Below, in pieces: positions 1-9,841 of a DNA stretch of 64,000 nucleotides (its first letter is position 1; the number at the start of each line of letters is the position of its first letter). This DNA is from a virus. The notes under the pieces are model-generated. The model had not been told where the DNA came from. It did no database searches and saw only the letters and a list, made by a program, of their open reading frames with translations. Both the position numbers and the translations under genes were made by a program. The DNA is taken from the IMG/VR virus record IMGVR_UViG_3300032242_003148, positions 1 to 64,000 of that record. One strand, given 5' to 3'.

Positions 1-1
1 A

Positions 2-2614
2 TTAGAATCAGGTGGTAACCTGGCGAGTTTAAATACTAAGTTGCCAAGCCTAGGACAAGCAACAATGGCTAGTTCTACACCTGTAGTTATAGCTAGCAAC
101 CAATCTTCTATCCCTGTATCAGGGACATTCTGGCAAACCACTCAGCCTGTTAGTGGAACTTTAAACCCAGACACATCGTTTACAGGCGCTATATCCTCTA
201 ATGGTGGGACTGTTGAAATAAATACAACAAGCATGAATAGTGTTTCCTTCCAGGCAGTTTTAACTCAAGGAACAGCACCTACTTTCACAATAATACCAGA
301 AGTTTCTGTGGATGGATCAACATGGGTGCAGACTACATATATATCTGTAACCTCAGGAGGAATAGGCAGTAGCGCATCAGCTGTTCCTATCTATGGGCAA
401 TCTAACTGTACAGGATTTGCAAAATTTAGGTTAAGAGCTACCTCATGGACCGGTGGTACAGGAACACCAACAATAACAGTTACTATAAATGCATCTAGAG
501 GTGTAAGTAACGTTATGTTAGATAACGCTGTTCCTGCCGGCTCTAACACTATTGGATCAGTTCAAATAATAGATAGTTCAACTAGTAATAAAGCTGTAGT
601 AAAGGGAGGTAATTCAGCAGCAGTAGCCGGAGATCCTGCAGTGGTAGTATCTGTTTCTCCAAATACCCCAGTTAAGCTTGATGCAGGAAGTAATGTTATA
701 GGTACTGTTATAATAGGAAATGACGCAAATAGCGTGAATTTAAGCACAATAAATACAAGTCTTACAAATGTTAAAAATGCTATAAATAATCTTATAGATC
801 TAAGTACCACAATTTGGGTAGATAACTCTACCACAACACCAAGATACTATATCAGACGGGAGCAAGCCAACCAAGGAAGCATAACCGTGAGTTGGGAGAA
901 TGTAGATGGAACTGCTGCCTCACCCACAATAGCAAATTTAGTATCTATTGCAGCCGTTCAAGGAATTGTTGTTGAAAATACACAATATATCGCAACAGCA
1001 ACATCCGGATCAGCATATACCACAGGAGATATACTTATTCATACTTACGGGATAGACACAGCTAGTAGTCCAGTTAGTATCTCGTTTAATATTTGGTTTA
1101 ATGCATCCACAGCAGTAATACTTTCTGCTGCACCTACGGCAGGTAATTATGCTACGTCAGCAACAACACAAGTTAGTGGATCTGTTTCTGTTAGTAGCGG
1201 TACCGTAACAGCTAATGCAGGCACTAATCTTAATACTAGTTCATTAGCGTTAGAATCAGGTGGTAACCTGGCGAGTTTAAATACTAAAACCCCAGCGTTA
1301 GGACAAGCAACAATGACTAATTCTCGCCCTGTAGTTATAGCTAGCAATCAATCTTCTATCCCTGTATCAGGAACGTTCTATCAGGCCACTCAACCTGTTA
1401 GTGGATCTGTTTCTGTTAGTAGCGGTACAGTAACAGCTAATGCAGGCACTAATCTTAATACTAGTTCATTAGCGTTAGAATCAGGTGGTAATTTAGCAGG
1501 TATAAATAGTAAGTTGCCCGCACTTGGCGCTGCAGTCAAAACTTCGTCTATACCTGTGAATATTGCTAGCGATCAAACTGTGCCTGTTAGCGGAAGTATT
1601 AGCGTATTAGGGGGTAATGCAAATGCAGTTAAAGTTGATGGTAGTTCAGTAACTCAACCCATTAGCGGTACAGTAACAGCTAATGCAGGCACTAATCTTA
1701 ATACTAGTTCATTAGCATTAGAATCAGGTGGTAATTTAGCAGGTATAAATGGCAAATTACCAAATTTAGGTATTGCCGCTAAAGCATACTCTGTACCTGT
1801 GAATATTGCTAGCGATCAAACTGTGCCTGTTAGCGGAAGTATTGGTATTAGTTCATTACCCGCAATACCCGCAGGAACTAACGCTATAGGAAGCATCACA
1901 AACACGTCATTTGTGGTTAGTCAAACAACTGCAGGGAATCTTAATGCAACTGTGGTTCAAGGGTCAGCGAGTAATCTTAACGCTACTGTGGTTCAAGGCA
2001 CTGCTTCTAACCTCAAGGCTACAGCTTTGGTTAGTGATGGTACAAACACAGCTGCTGTTAAAGCAGCTAGTACAGCAGCGTTGGCGGCTGATCCAGCCCT
2101 GGTTGTATCGGTATCTCCTAATACCCCCATTAAACTAGATGCAGGAACTAACGCTATAGGAAGCATCACAAACTCGGCATTCACAGCGAATCAATCAACA
2201 GCAGCTAGTCTTAAAGCTACAGCTTTGGTTAGTGATGGTACAAACACAGCTGCTGTTAAAGCAGCTAGTACAGCTGCAGTAGCTACCGACCCAGCATTAG
2301 TTGTAGCGGTATCTCCAAACAACACTGTGTCAGTTAGTGGTTCTACGGTGGCTATTACTGAGTATATTACTGCACTAGCCGCTGGCACAGCCTCAACCCT
2401 TTTTTCGTCTAACACAAATAGAAAATATCTAGCAGTTCAGAACACATCACAATATCCTATGTATTTAAGAATAGGCAACAGTGCAGCTATAGGTACAGGT
2501 TTTTATCTAGCTCCATACGGCGGTTCTTATATCGCAGATGGATTTAGTGTACCTAATGGCTCTGTGAGTTTGATTTGCGCATCTGTTGGGACTTATTACG
2601 CCATACAGGGTTAA
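2..2614 (+). CDS. Repeat-rich tail fibre/adhesin-like virion protein (5' partial)
   Basis: The frame is open from window position 2 (LESGGNLASLNTKL), so the real start is upstream. S/T/A/V-rich with internal repeats (GTVTANAGTNLNTSSLALESGGNLA; AVKAASTAA..DPALVV.VSPN). Confidence 0.7.
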   Translation, partial: LESGGNLASLNTKLPSLGQATMASSTPVVIASNQSSIPVSGTFWQTTQPVSGTLNPDTSFTGAISSNGGTVEINTTSMNSVSFQAVLTQGTAPTFTIIPEVSVDGSTWVQTTYISVTSGGIGSSASAVPIYGQSNCTGFAKFRLRATSWTGGTGTPTITVTINASRGVSNVMLDNAVPAGSNTIGSVQIIDSSTSNKAVVKGGNSAAVAGDPAVVVSVSPNTPVKLDAGSNVIGTVIIGNDANSVNLSTINTSLTNVKNAINNLIDLSTTIWVDNSTTTPRYYIRREQANQGSITVSWENVDGTAASPTIANLVSIAAVQGIVVENTQYIATATSGSAYTTGDILIHTYGIDTASSPVSISFNIWFNASTAVILSAAPTAGNYATSATTQVSGSVSVSSGTVTANAGTNLNTSSLALESGGNLASLNTKTPALGQATMTNSRPVVIASNQSSIPVSGTFYQATQPVSGSVSVSSGTVTANAGTNLNTSSLALESGGNLAGINSKLPALGAAVKTSSIPVNIASDQTVPVSGSISVLGGNANAVKVDGSSVTQPISGTVTANAGTNLNTSSLALESGGNLAGINGKLPNLGIAAKAYSVPVNIASDQTVPVSGSIGISSLPAIPAGTNAIGSITNTSFVVSQTTAGNLNATVVQGSASNLNATVVQGTASNLKATALVSDGTNTAAVKAASTAALAADPALVVSVSPNTPIKLDAGTNAIGSITNSAFTANQSTAASLKATALVSDGTNTAAVKAASTAAVATDPALVVAVSPNNTVSVSGSTVAITEYITALAAGTASTLFSSNTNRKYLAVQNTSQYPMYLRIGNSAAIGTGFYLAPYGGSYIADGFSVPNGSVSLICASVGTYYAIQG
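1196..1745 (+). repeat. Near-identical ~70 bp intragenic direct repeats
   Basis: gcggtac(c/a)gtaacagctaatgcaggcactaatcttaatactagttcattagc(g/a)ttagaatcaggtggtaa occurs at about 1197, 1421 and 1664; its 3' part also occurs at the window start. Confidence 0.9.
2018..2275 (+). repeat. ~60 bp intragenic direct repeat pair
   Basis: gctacagctttggttagtgatggtacaaacacagctgctgttaaagcagctagtacagc at about 2018 and 2216. Confidence 0.9.
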
Positions 2615-2620
2615 TACTAC

Positions 2621-4234
2621 ATGAGCTTAGTCACCAGTAACCAGATGGGATCATCCAAGGGGCTGGGCTCTTCTCTAAAGCTATATAGAAATTTAATTCA
2701 ACCAATAGATTATGTAGGAGGTATTGGTGGCGGTGATTTAATTTTTGGAAGACCGTCAGTAAGCACTTATGTTAATTCATCTGGTTTGATAGCCACTGCC
2801 GCTAATAATATTCCGAGATATGAATATACAAGCACAAGTCCTTATACCCTAAGGGGGTTATTAATGGAAATGGCGAGAACAAACTATCTAGCATATAGTT
2901 CTACTTTTACAAACGGTGCATGGACTAAATCAAATCTAACCGTGGCGAATACTGGGCTTATTACAGCACCTGACGGCAATCCGTCCGCATGTACAATTAC
3001 TGATAACACAAATAACGTAGCACATTATATATCTGCTACAGGAACTAATACAGGTATTGCCTCAACGTCATATACTTTTTCTGTTTTTGTTAAACCAATA
3101 TCAACAGCAACCAAGAGATATATACAAATTTCTTTAGGTCCCACAGCCCAATTCAGCAGCACCACATATGCTAACTTTGATCTAGTTTCTGGAACTGGAA
3201 CCGCCACTACAGGTGTGGGTGTGGTTTCGGCGGTGTCCACTTATTACGAAGCCCAGGGTTATTATAGAATAAGTATACAAGCAACAATGGGAACAACCAT
3301 AGCAAACCCAACAGCCACAATAGCTGTAGTCCCAGCAACCAGTTCTACATTAAATGCAGCATACGCAGGAGCAGGAGTAGCTCAGTTTTATATATGGGGA
3401 GCACAGCTAGAAAGATCCACAGCCCCCGTGGGCGCAAACTCAGTGTCAATCCCTACATCATACATACCAACAGATGCCGGGAGTAATGTGGCTAGGCAGA
3501 ATGACACCCTTATTCTCCCAGATAACACCTATACAACAGTCTCAGCAGCGGCATCTATAGGGGCAACCTCTATTTCAGTAAATTCTACTGCAGGAATATA
3601 CGTTGGAACACAAATTTTAGCCACTGGTTTAGCAGAAAACACAACAGTGTCCGCTATAAACGGTTTAGTTCTAACAATAAGCCCTGCAGCCACAGGAGCA
3701 GTTGCCCTTAACGCCAGTGTTAGGATAGGCATATCAGGAACAGGGCAAACCTTTCTCAACCCCAGGCAAGGAACTTTAATAGTAGAGTTAGAGCAGCATG
3801 GTGTAAACGCCACGGCTGGTGGAGAACAAACCGAAATGTTTTATTTTGATTATAATGGTACAGGAACTAATTATATTGCTCTAGAAAGTAATGGGGCAGG
3901 TTCATCTCAAGGCTTTAGGCTATATTCATCCAATAACAGTGCTGCCCAAGTAAATATAACTACAAACACAGGGCTCAATAATACTACGTATAGACTGGCA
4001 GGTTCTTATAACTTTGACGCCAATAGCTATTCTTTCTATTTAAACGGCAGTTTAATAGGAACCACAACAACCTCTAAAACTGCACCTAACGGAACATTAG
4101 ACAAGATATATATAGGTTCTAGCCCATCAAATTATAGTGCTAACGGGCACATTAAATTATTTGCATACTATAATTATGCAATACCCAACTCAGTTCTACC
4201 GACATATAGCAATGTTGGTCAAGCTCTAGTGTAA
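2621..4234 (+). CDS. Phage spike/fibre protein with C-terminal LamG/concanavalin-like domain
   Basis: Motifs GLLMEMARTNYL, YTFSVFVK, GYYRISI, YIWGAQLE and PTSYIPT are typical of phage spike-fibre domains; LamG-like C-terminus (SFYLNGSLIG, NGHIK). Confidence 0.7.
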   Translation: MSLVTSNQMGSSKGLGSSLKLYRNLIQPIDYVGGIGGGDLIFGRPSVSTYVNSSGLIATAANNIPRYEYTSTSPYTLRGLLMEMARTNYLAYSSTFTNGAWTKSNLTVANTGLITAPDGNPSACTITDNTNNVAHYISATGTNTGIASTSYTFSVFVKPISTATKRYIQISLGPTAQFSSTTYANFDLVSGTGTATTGVGVVSAVSTYYEAQGYYRISIQATMGTTIANPTATIAVVPATSSTLNAAYAGAGVAQFYIWGAQLERSTAPVGANSVSIPTSYIPTDAGSNVARQNDTLILPDNTYTTVSAAASIGATSISVNSTAGIYVGTQILATGLAENTTVSAINGLVLTISPAATGAVALNASVRIGISGTGQTFLNPRQGTLIVELEQHGVNATAGGEQTEMFYFDYNGTGTNYIALESNGAGSSQGFRLYSSNNSAAQVNITTNTGLNNTTYRLAGSYNFDANSYSFYLNGSLIGTTTTSKTAPNGTLDKIYIGSSPSNYSANGHIKLFAYYNYAIPNSVLPTYSNVGQALV

Positions 4235-4256
4235 CAAAATCCTTGGGAGTTTCGGA

Positions 4257-4285
4257 TTGCTTATTAGCCTTTAAATTCATAGAAT
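4257..4285 (+). promoter_or_regulatory. Sigma70-like promoter
   Basis: TTGCTT-17 bp-TAGAAT ending 7 bp before the ATG at 4293. Confidence 0.5.
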
Positions 4286-4292
4286 AACTCTT

Positions 4293-5198
4293 ATGGCTGA
4301 TAGCACTATACTTTCAAGATTACCTGTTTCAGGGGCGGCGCTTGTTAGCGGAGGCTCACCTGATGCCAATAAGGTTCCACTACTCAATAGTAGTGGAAAA
4401 ATAGATTCTTCTATGTTTAGTAATACCCTAGCTATTGCTAGTGTTCCTAATCAGGCGGCAAGATTAATATATCCAAATCTAATAATTGGGAATTTTATAC
4501 TACAAACAGACAATAATACACTATATGTACTAAATAGCTTACCTTCGTCTGTTAACAGTAATTGGAGTATTGCAGGCACAACCATATCATACCCTGTTAC
4601 AAAAGTGGCAGGGAAAACAGGAGAAGTTACACTAAGTACTGGCGATATACTAGGTTTATCCACAGCAATCACAAATGGGTCTGCTGTGAGATCAGTTAAT
4701 AGTAAAACAGGAGCAATATCATTAACATCAGACGATATTCCAGAAAGTACTGGAACCGGAACACACAACTTATATTTTACAAATAGCAGAGCCGCTAGCG
4801 CTGCACCAGTTCAAACCGTGGCAGGAAGATCAGGTGATGTAGTTTTATCTAAAACAGATATATCCGGTCTACCGGCATTTGGGACCTCGGCTACACTTAA
4901 TTTTCCAGCATCGGGAAATGCAGGAGCCACAGAAGTGGTTCTTGGTAACGATACAAGATTATCAATAATTCCACCGTACAATGAATTAGATGTAGTATCT
5001 AGAGACATAAATTCTAATCCAACAAGCATAGTTTTAAAAAATGGCGGAGTAATTGTTGGTACATTAAATCAAACCTATACAAATGGAAAATTAAACAACG
5101 TTGTTCTCACAGATGGAACAAATACAATTGCAAATTGGAGTATTACATATGACGGTTCTGGAAATGTATATTCTGTAGTAATAAGCAAAACAAACTGA
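4293..5198 (+). CDS. Tail fibre repeat protein
   Basis: Three V.SV.GK/R.G.V.L fibre repeats plus an NLYFT..RA motif. Confidence 0.65.
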   Translation: MADSTILSRLPVSGAALVSGGSPDANKVPLLNSSGKIDSSMFSNTLAIASVPNQAARLIYPNLIIGNFILQTDNNTLYVLNSLPSSVNSNWSIAGTTISYPVTKVAGKTGEVTLSTGDILGLSTAITNGSAVRSVNSKTGAISLTSDDIPESTGTGTHNLYFTNSRAASAAPVQTVAGRSGDVVLSKTDISGLPAFGTSATLNFPASGNAGATEVVLGNDTRLSIIPPYNELDVVSRDINSNPTSIVLKNGGVIVGTLNQTYTNGKLNNVVLTDGTNTIANWSITYDGSGNVYSVVISKTN

Positions 5199-5211
5199 TA
5201 GAATAAATATT

Positions 5212-8169
5212 ATGTCACTCACAACAGATATTATAGCTTATTGGGATTTACGTCCTAGCCATTATTCAGCAGGAGTAGTTACAGATTTATCCGGAAATGG
5301 GCATAATTTAACACTAACAGGTTCATCAATAACCACAAATAGTTCTGCTTATGGGCCTATATCAACGATTGTGCCATATGATAGTTTAACTTCGTTTTTA
5401 GGTAAAAATAATATATCCGTTTACCAGGGTGGAACTGATCTCGGAGCGAGAATAAATATAAGTTCTGGCGGGTCAATAACTATTGTGGACGGTGGGAATG
5501 GATATCAAACAGGAACAGCAACAATAGGAAACAACACCAGAATATCTATCACACATAATCCTAACTTTTTTGATTGTGTGGCGCTAGCTGCAAATTCTTA
5601 TTTCACAGTTAATCCAAGTATTCTACCTCAGCTGTCTGGTAAATCAGAATTTTCTATGGGTGGGTGGACAGCTGTTTATTTAGTTGGTGACGCTGCAGCA
5701 AGAAGTAATACTATATTTGGTGGCGGGAATAGTTCTATATATGGATTTTCGCTATCGAATATCTATGGTTTGACTCCTCTCGATTATGTTATTTCAGGAG
5801 CTGCCACGATATCTGATGGAAGTGTTGCTAGATACCCTAATTCTTTTGGAGGTGTACAAAGATTTAATCTTCCGATAGGGAATAGCCTAACTGGTCAGAG
5901 TGCGGCGTGGCAGCACATTTTCATGACCTATAAAAAAGGCACTAATGGTCGTGGTACAATATCGATCTACCTCAACGGGGTACCCATAGGAAGAAATCCG
6001 GCGGTTCTAGCAACAGGCAGTAATGGTGGCAAGGTTCCAACATTAACTCAACCTATATTAATAAATGCAACAAGAAATACCTCTGGAACTGTTGTGCCTG
6101 CCTCTACATCTGCTCAGCAATTTTTAGATCTAGGAATTTGGGGTAGACAGCTATCAGATGACGAAGTATTTAATTTATACTATAGAAATAATTGGAATAG
6201 CTATCCTTTTACAAAAAAAACAATAACCCCAGCATTAACAGATAATTTAGAAGCCAGATGGCCTTTAAACCAATCAGACTACGAAGATGCTAATGCTAGT
6301 GAGGAATATAATGTCGTACATAATAGTTATACATCCACAGTTAATGGTCATGTATTAAGTGGGGCGCACGCGAATTATATCAATACAGGAGCTATTAACA
6401 TTCCAGGCCCTTTTGGGGGGGGTATATCTTTTGTGGATGAGCTTGCAGATACTAGATATAGCGTAGGCAAGCTGGATTGTATTATGGCAGGTAATTTTCC
6501 AACAGCATCATTCAGCATTAACACTTGGGTGAGAACCACTTTGTATGCAACAAATATTCTAAAGGTTGTGAACCCTTATGTTTGGAATAAAGATAGTATA
6601 AGTATATTCTGCGAGGGCAATACGATACACGCAGTAATGAAAAATTATTTAGATAATGGAGATGTTGTATCAATTTTTAACAGTAACCTGGGAGGTATAA
6701 CCGTAGATGGAAATTGGGTGAATATTGCTATTACTTTTGACGGAGCATTTATTTGTTATTATCAAAACGGGGCGTTTGTGTCAAAGACTCAGGTTAATTT
6801 AAACACAGATAGTTTTGGAATAATACCAGCCACAGCTGCAAGTCTAGCAATTCCATATAAATACTCAGAGATACAGATTGGCCGTTCGCTTATAAAATAT
6901 AGTGATTTACAAATATGGAGCAGGCCGTTATCGCAGCAAGAAGTAACTTCAATTTATAATAAAATAAATAGTTCAGTTAGTCTTTATGTAGCACCAAATG
7001 GAAAAACCTATACTCCCGCTACCCAGCAAAAACCATTATCGTCCGCACAACGGGCGTGGAGCATCGCCAATAGTCTTTTAAATTGGAACACTCCCCCGGT
7101 TATACACGTGAGTGGAGCCATAACTGGGGCAAATGGTGATTATTTGCCAAATGGGCTTGGAATATCAGACGGTGTCACAACCACATATAAATGGTATCCA
7201 AACGGGGACCACACCTCGCAATATGTTTTATCTTGCACTAAATTAACTAACTCACCCGCCAGCTATGCTTGGCAAATTATAAATAATTATGATTCTAGTG
7301 TTGTGGCTAGCACCGTTCCAACATTGGGTTCAATCTCTTCGCCCGATCCCTGGGTGCGCGATTGGCAGAATATTAACGTTACATATATAAAAGGCAATAC
7401 AGGCACATCCAAAAACATCCATTTTGCAGCAGGAACATATAGTGGAATAAATACATATGGAGAAAATTGGGGTAGCGACATATCAATATCAGGAGACGGC
7501 AAGACCACAACAATCCTAGGAGGAATCTCTGCAAGCAAAGGTAATAATTATTCAGTTAGGGCCATTAATGGTTTATCTGGCGGTTTAACAGTTAGAGCCG
7601 AAGAATCAGGTGGATATATACACATAATTAGTGATAATACTATAGATTTAAGTTTTGTTGATTCTATAGGGGGAGTTCCTGTGGGTAATGGAGGAAACAT
7701 CTCACTAATTGGTTGCTATGTTTCTTATGGTGTAAATACCAGCGCTCAGCCTGCTAGTCTATATGTGGACGGCAATGGAGATCCTATTGTGGACCCTGTT
7801 GCGATTATATATAACCCTGCAGATGACGACGAAAACGGGAATCACAATATTTTAGACACCATCTATCCACCAACAAACCCACTCTCTAGTGCCGCGAATA
7901 TAGGACAAGCAGGTAGTATATATTTAAAAAACTCCACAGTTAATGGAAATATATACGCAAATTCATATGGTTTTAATTGGAAAAATGTTACAGGGGGAAG
8001 TATAGAATTCGTTGACTCTAACAGATTAAATGGAGAAATTGAAAATAATGGTAATAACGGCGGAGGTAGAGGTAGTTTAAAAATCACCACAACAAACACA
8101 GGTAATAACTCAAATAATAGTAATGGAACACTACTTTCCCAGATTTTGAATTTACCTTTTTCACTTTAA
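5212..8169 (+). CDS. LamG-domain virion protein
   Basis: Two LamG-like units: IIAYWDL...WQHIFMTY...IYLNG...IWGRQLS..EV..LY and W.NIAITFDG...YQNG...IWSRPLS..EV..IY. Confidence 0.7.
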   Translation: MSLTTDIIAYWDLRPSHYSAGVVTDLSGNGHNLTLTGSSITTNSSAYGPISTIVPYDSLTSFLGKNNISVYQGGTDLGARINISSGGSITIVDGGNGYQTGTATIGNNTRISITHNPNFFDCVALAANSYFTVNPSILPQLSGKSEFSMGGWTAVYLVGDAAARSNTIFGGGNSSIYGFSLSNIYGLTPLDYVISGAATISDGSVARYPNSFGGVQRFNLPIGNSLTGQSAAWQHIFMTYKKGTNGRGTISIYLNGVPIGRNPAVLATGSNGGKVPTLTQPILINATRNTSGTVVPASTSAQQFLDLGIWGRQLSDDEVFNLYYRNNWNSYPFTKKTITPALTDNLEARWPLNQSDYEDANASEEYNVVHNSYTSTVNGHVLSGAHANYINTGAINIPGPFGGGISFVDELADTRYSVGKLDCIMAGNFPTASFSINTWVRTTLYATNILKVVNPYVWNKDSISIFCEGNTIHAVMKNYLDNGDVVSIFNSNLGGITVDGNWVNIAITFDGAFICYYQNGAFVSKTQVNLNTDSFGIIPATAASLAIPYKYSEIQIGRSLIKYSDLQIWSRPLSQQEVTSIYNKINSSVSLYVAPNGKTYTPATQQKPLSSAQRAWSIANSLLNWNTPPVIHVSGAITGANGDYLPNGLGISDGVTTTYKWYPNGDHTSQYVLSCTKLTNSPASYAWQIINNYDSSVVASTVPTLGSISSPDPWVRDWQNINVTYIKGNTGTSKNIHFAAGTYSGINTYGENWGSDISISGDGKTTTILGGISASKGNNYSVRAINGLSGGLTVRAEESGGYIHIISDNTIDLSFVDSIGGVPVGNGGNISLIGCYVSYGVNTSAQPASLYVDGNGDPIVDPVAIIYNPADDDENGNHNILDTIYPPTNPLSSAANIGQAGSIYLKNSTVNGNIYANSYGFNWKNVTGGSIEFVDSNRLNGEIENNGNNGGGRGSLKITTTNTGNNSNNSNGTLLSQILNLPFSL

Positions 8170-8213
8170 CTGTAGAATTGAGGGGTAGTATAACTCTAAC
8201 AAGATGAACCAAA

Positions 8214-9122
8214 ATGTCCTCCTCAAAACTCTATCTAATAGTTACATATTTTAATTTTACAAATTCTAAAAAAAACAAAGAGAGAATAAAAATTTTTTTA
8301 GAAGAATCGGTTAAATATCCAAATGTAGAATTAGTATTATCAGAGGGTATATTTTCAGACGTAGAGCCATTGCCGGATTTTTCGAGCAGTATATACAAGC
8401 ATCTTAAGTATAACTATACTAGTAAGATATGGATAAAAGAAAATTTGATAAACCTAGCAATATCCACACTTCCTGAAGACTGGGAGTTTGTTAGTTGGAT
8501 AGACAAAGATATATCTTTTGAAAATAAAGACTGGGCGGAAAAAACAATTAAACTATTGGGCGAAAAAGGCATAGTTCAGCCATGGAGAAAATGTTTTTTC
8601 TTAGATGAGCATGGTGAACTAGATATTAAAGCTCATGAATACTTTGAAAATATAAAATTTAATTGTGGGTCTTTAGAAGATGGAATAGGGTCTTTCTGCA
8701 GCCGTAAGATTTGGGGACTAGATGGCCACCCAGGGCAATGTTGGGCTATAAACAAAAAAACTTACCTGAAGATAGGAAAATTAATGGATGTATGTATTGT
8801 GGGTGGTGGTGACGGAGCTATATATGTAGCATTAAATAATAACTTCAGCACAAAACTGTATGATATATATGGTTGTGAAATATATGACTATATATTTAAT
8901 TTTAAGGATGTTGAATCTGGCTATCTTGATGAAAAAATAACTCATAGTTATCATGGGGATATTTCTGATAGACAATACAGGAGTAGATTAGACATATTAA
9001 GCCGGCATGAGTTTAACCCAAGAACAGATATTGGCTATACTCAAGAAGGATTGATATACTTGGAGAACAAAGAACTAGAAAACAGCATATTGGAATATTT
9101 CTATTCTAGAAATGAAGCATAG
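8214..9122 (+). CDS. Glycosyltransferase-like protein (GT-A fold)
   Basis: WIKENLINLA..LPEDWEFVSWIDKD with a DxD motif, plus GGGD and HSYHG. Confidence 0.55.
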   Translation: MSSSKLYLIVTYFNFTNSKKNKERIKIFLEESVKYPNVELVLSEGIFSDVEPLPDFSSSIYKHLKYNYTSKIWIKENLINLAISTLPEDWEFVSWIDKDISFENKDWAEKTIKLLGEKGIVQPWRKCFFLDEHGELDIKAHEYFENIKFNCGSLEDGIGSFCSRKIWGLDGHPGQCWAINKKTYLKIGKLMDVCIVGGGDGAIYVALNNNFSTKLYDIYGCEIYDYIFNFKDVESGYLDEKITHSYHGDISDRQYRSRLDILSRHEFNPRTDIGYTQEGLIYLENKELENSILEYFYSRNEA

Positions 9123-9124
9123 CC

Positions 9125-9841
9125 ATGAATTACAAAATACATCCATTTATATTCAATTGGCCTGGGCAATATGAAAACTGTTTAAAGCTAGAAAACCAGT
9201 TTAAATCTGTTTTTGGTGAGGTTACAGTTATAAACTCTGATGATAGTCATAGAGAAGATAGATGGGTTAATGTAGGAGATGAGATTTATTTCACAGGACA
9301 GTGGAGCTGGGCTATTGAACTTTTTAAGGGAGATATACTGTTTCACACCCAGGCGGATGCTTATTGTGAAGATCTAGAGGGGTTTATTAATTCAGCATTA
9401 TCAAATCTAGAAAAATATAATTGGGGAATATACGAACCAGCTTTTGATCGTAATGATATTATTGGTGCTGACTTATTCACAGCAGATCCTAAAGTAGATA
9501 AAAATATAAAGCTGGTAGCAAACACAGACTGCACTATGTGGTTAATTCATAAGGATGTTATACAAGGAGGCAAAGAAAAATATGATAAGTATTTCTTTGG
9601 TTTAAAATATGGCTGGGGTATTCCTCAGTTATACGCCAGTGAAAGCTACAAATTAAACAGACCGGTGATAAAAGACTATAATTATATAGGGCACCATCCT
9701 AGCGGCACAGGGTATAGCCAGAATGCGGCAGGACTTGAAAAAAAGTTGGTTATGCGAGAGATGTTAAAAAGATGCGAAATTCTTGACAGGTGGGGAGCTC
9801 TAGGAAAAGCTATGCATATACTAACCAGCTGGAGGTCATGA
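9125..9841 (+). CDS. Glycosyltransferase-like protein
   Basis: VINSDD, LFHTQADA, YGWGI and HHPSGTGY give a GT2-like pattern; adjacent to another GT-like gene. Confidence 0.45.
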   Translation: MNYKIHPFIFNWPGQYENCLKLENQFKSVFGEVTVINSDDSHREDRWVNVGDEIYFTGQWSWAIELFKGDILFHTQADAYCEDLEGFINSALSNLEKYNWGIYEPAFDRNDIIGADLFTADPKVDKNIKLVANTDCTMWLIHKDVIQGGKEKYDKYFFGLKYGWGIPQLYASESYKLNRPVIKDYNYIGHHPSGTGYSQNAAGLEKKLVMREMLKRCEILDRWGALGKAMHILTSWRS

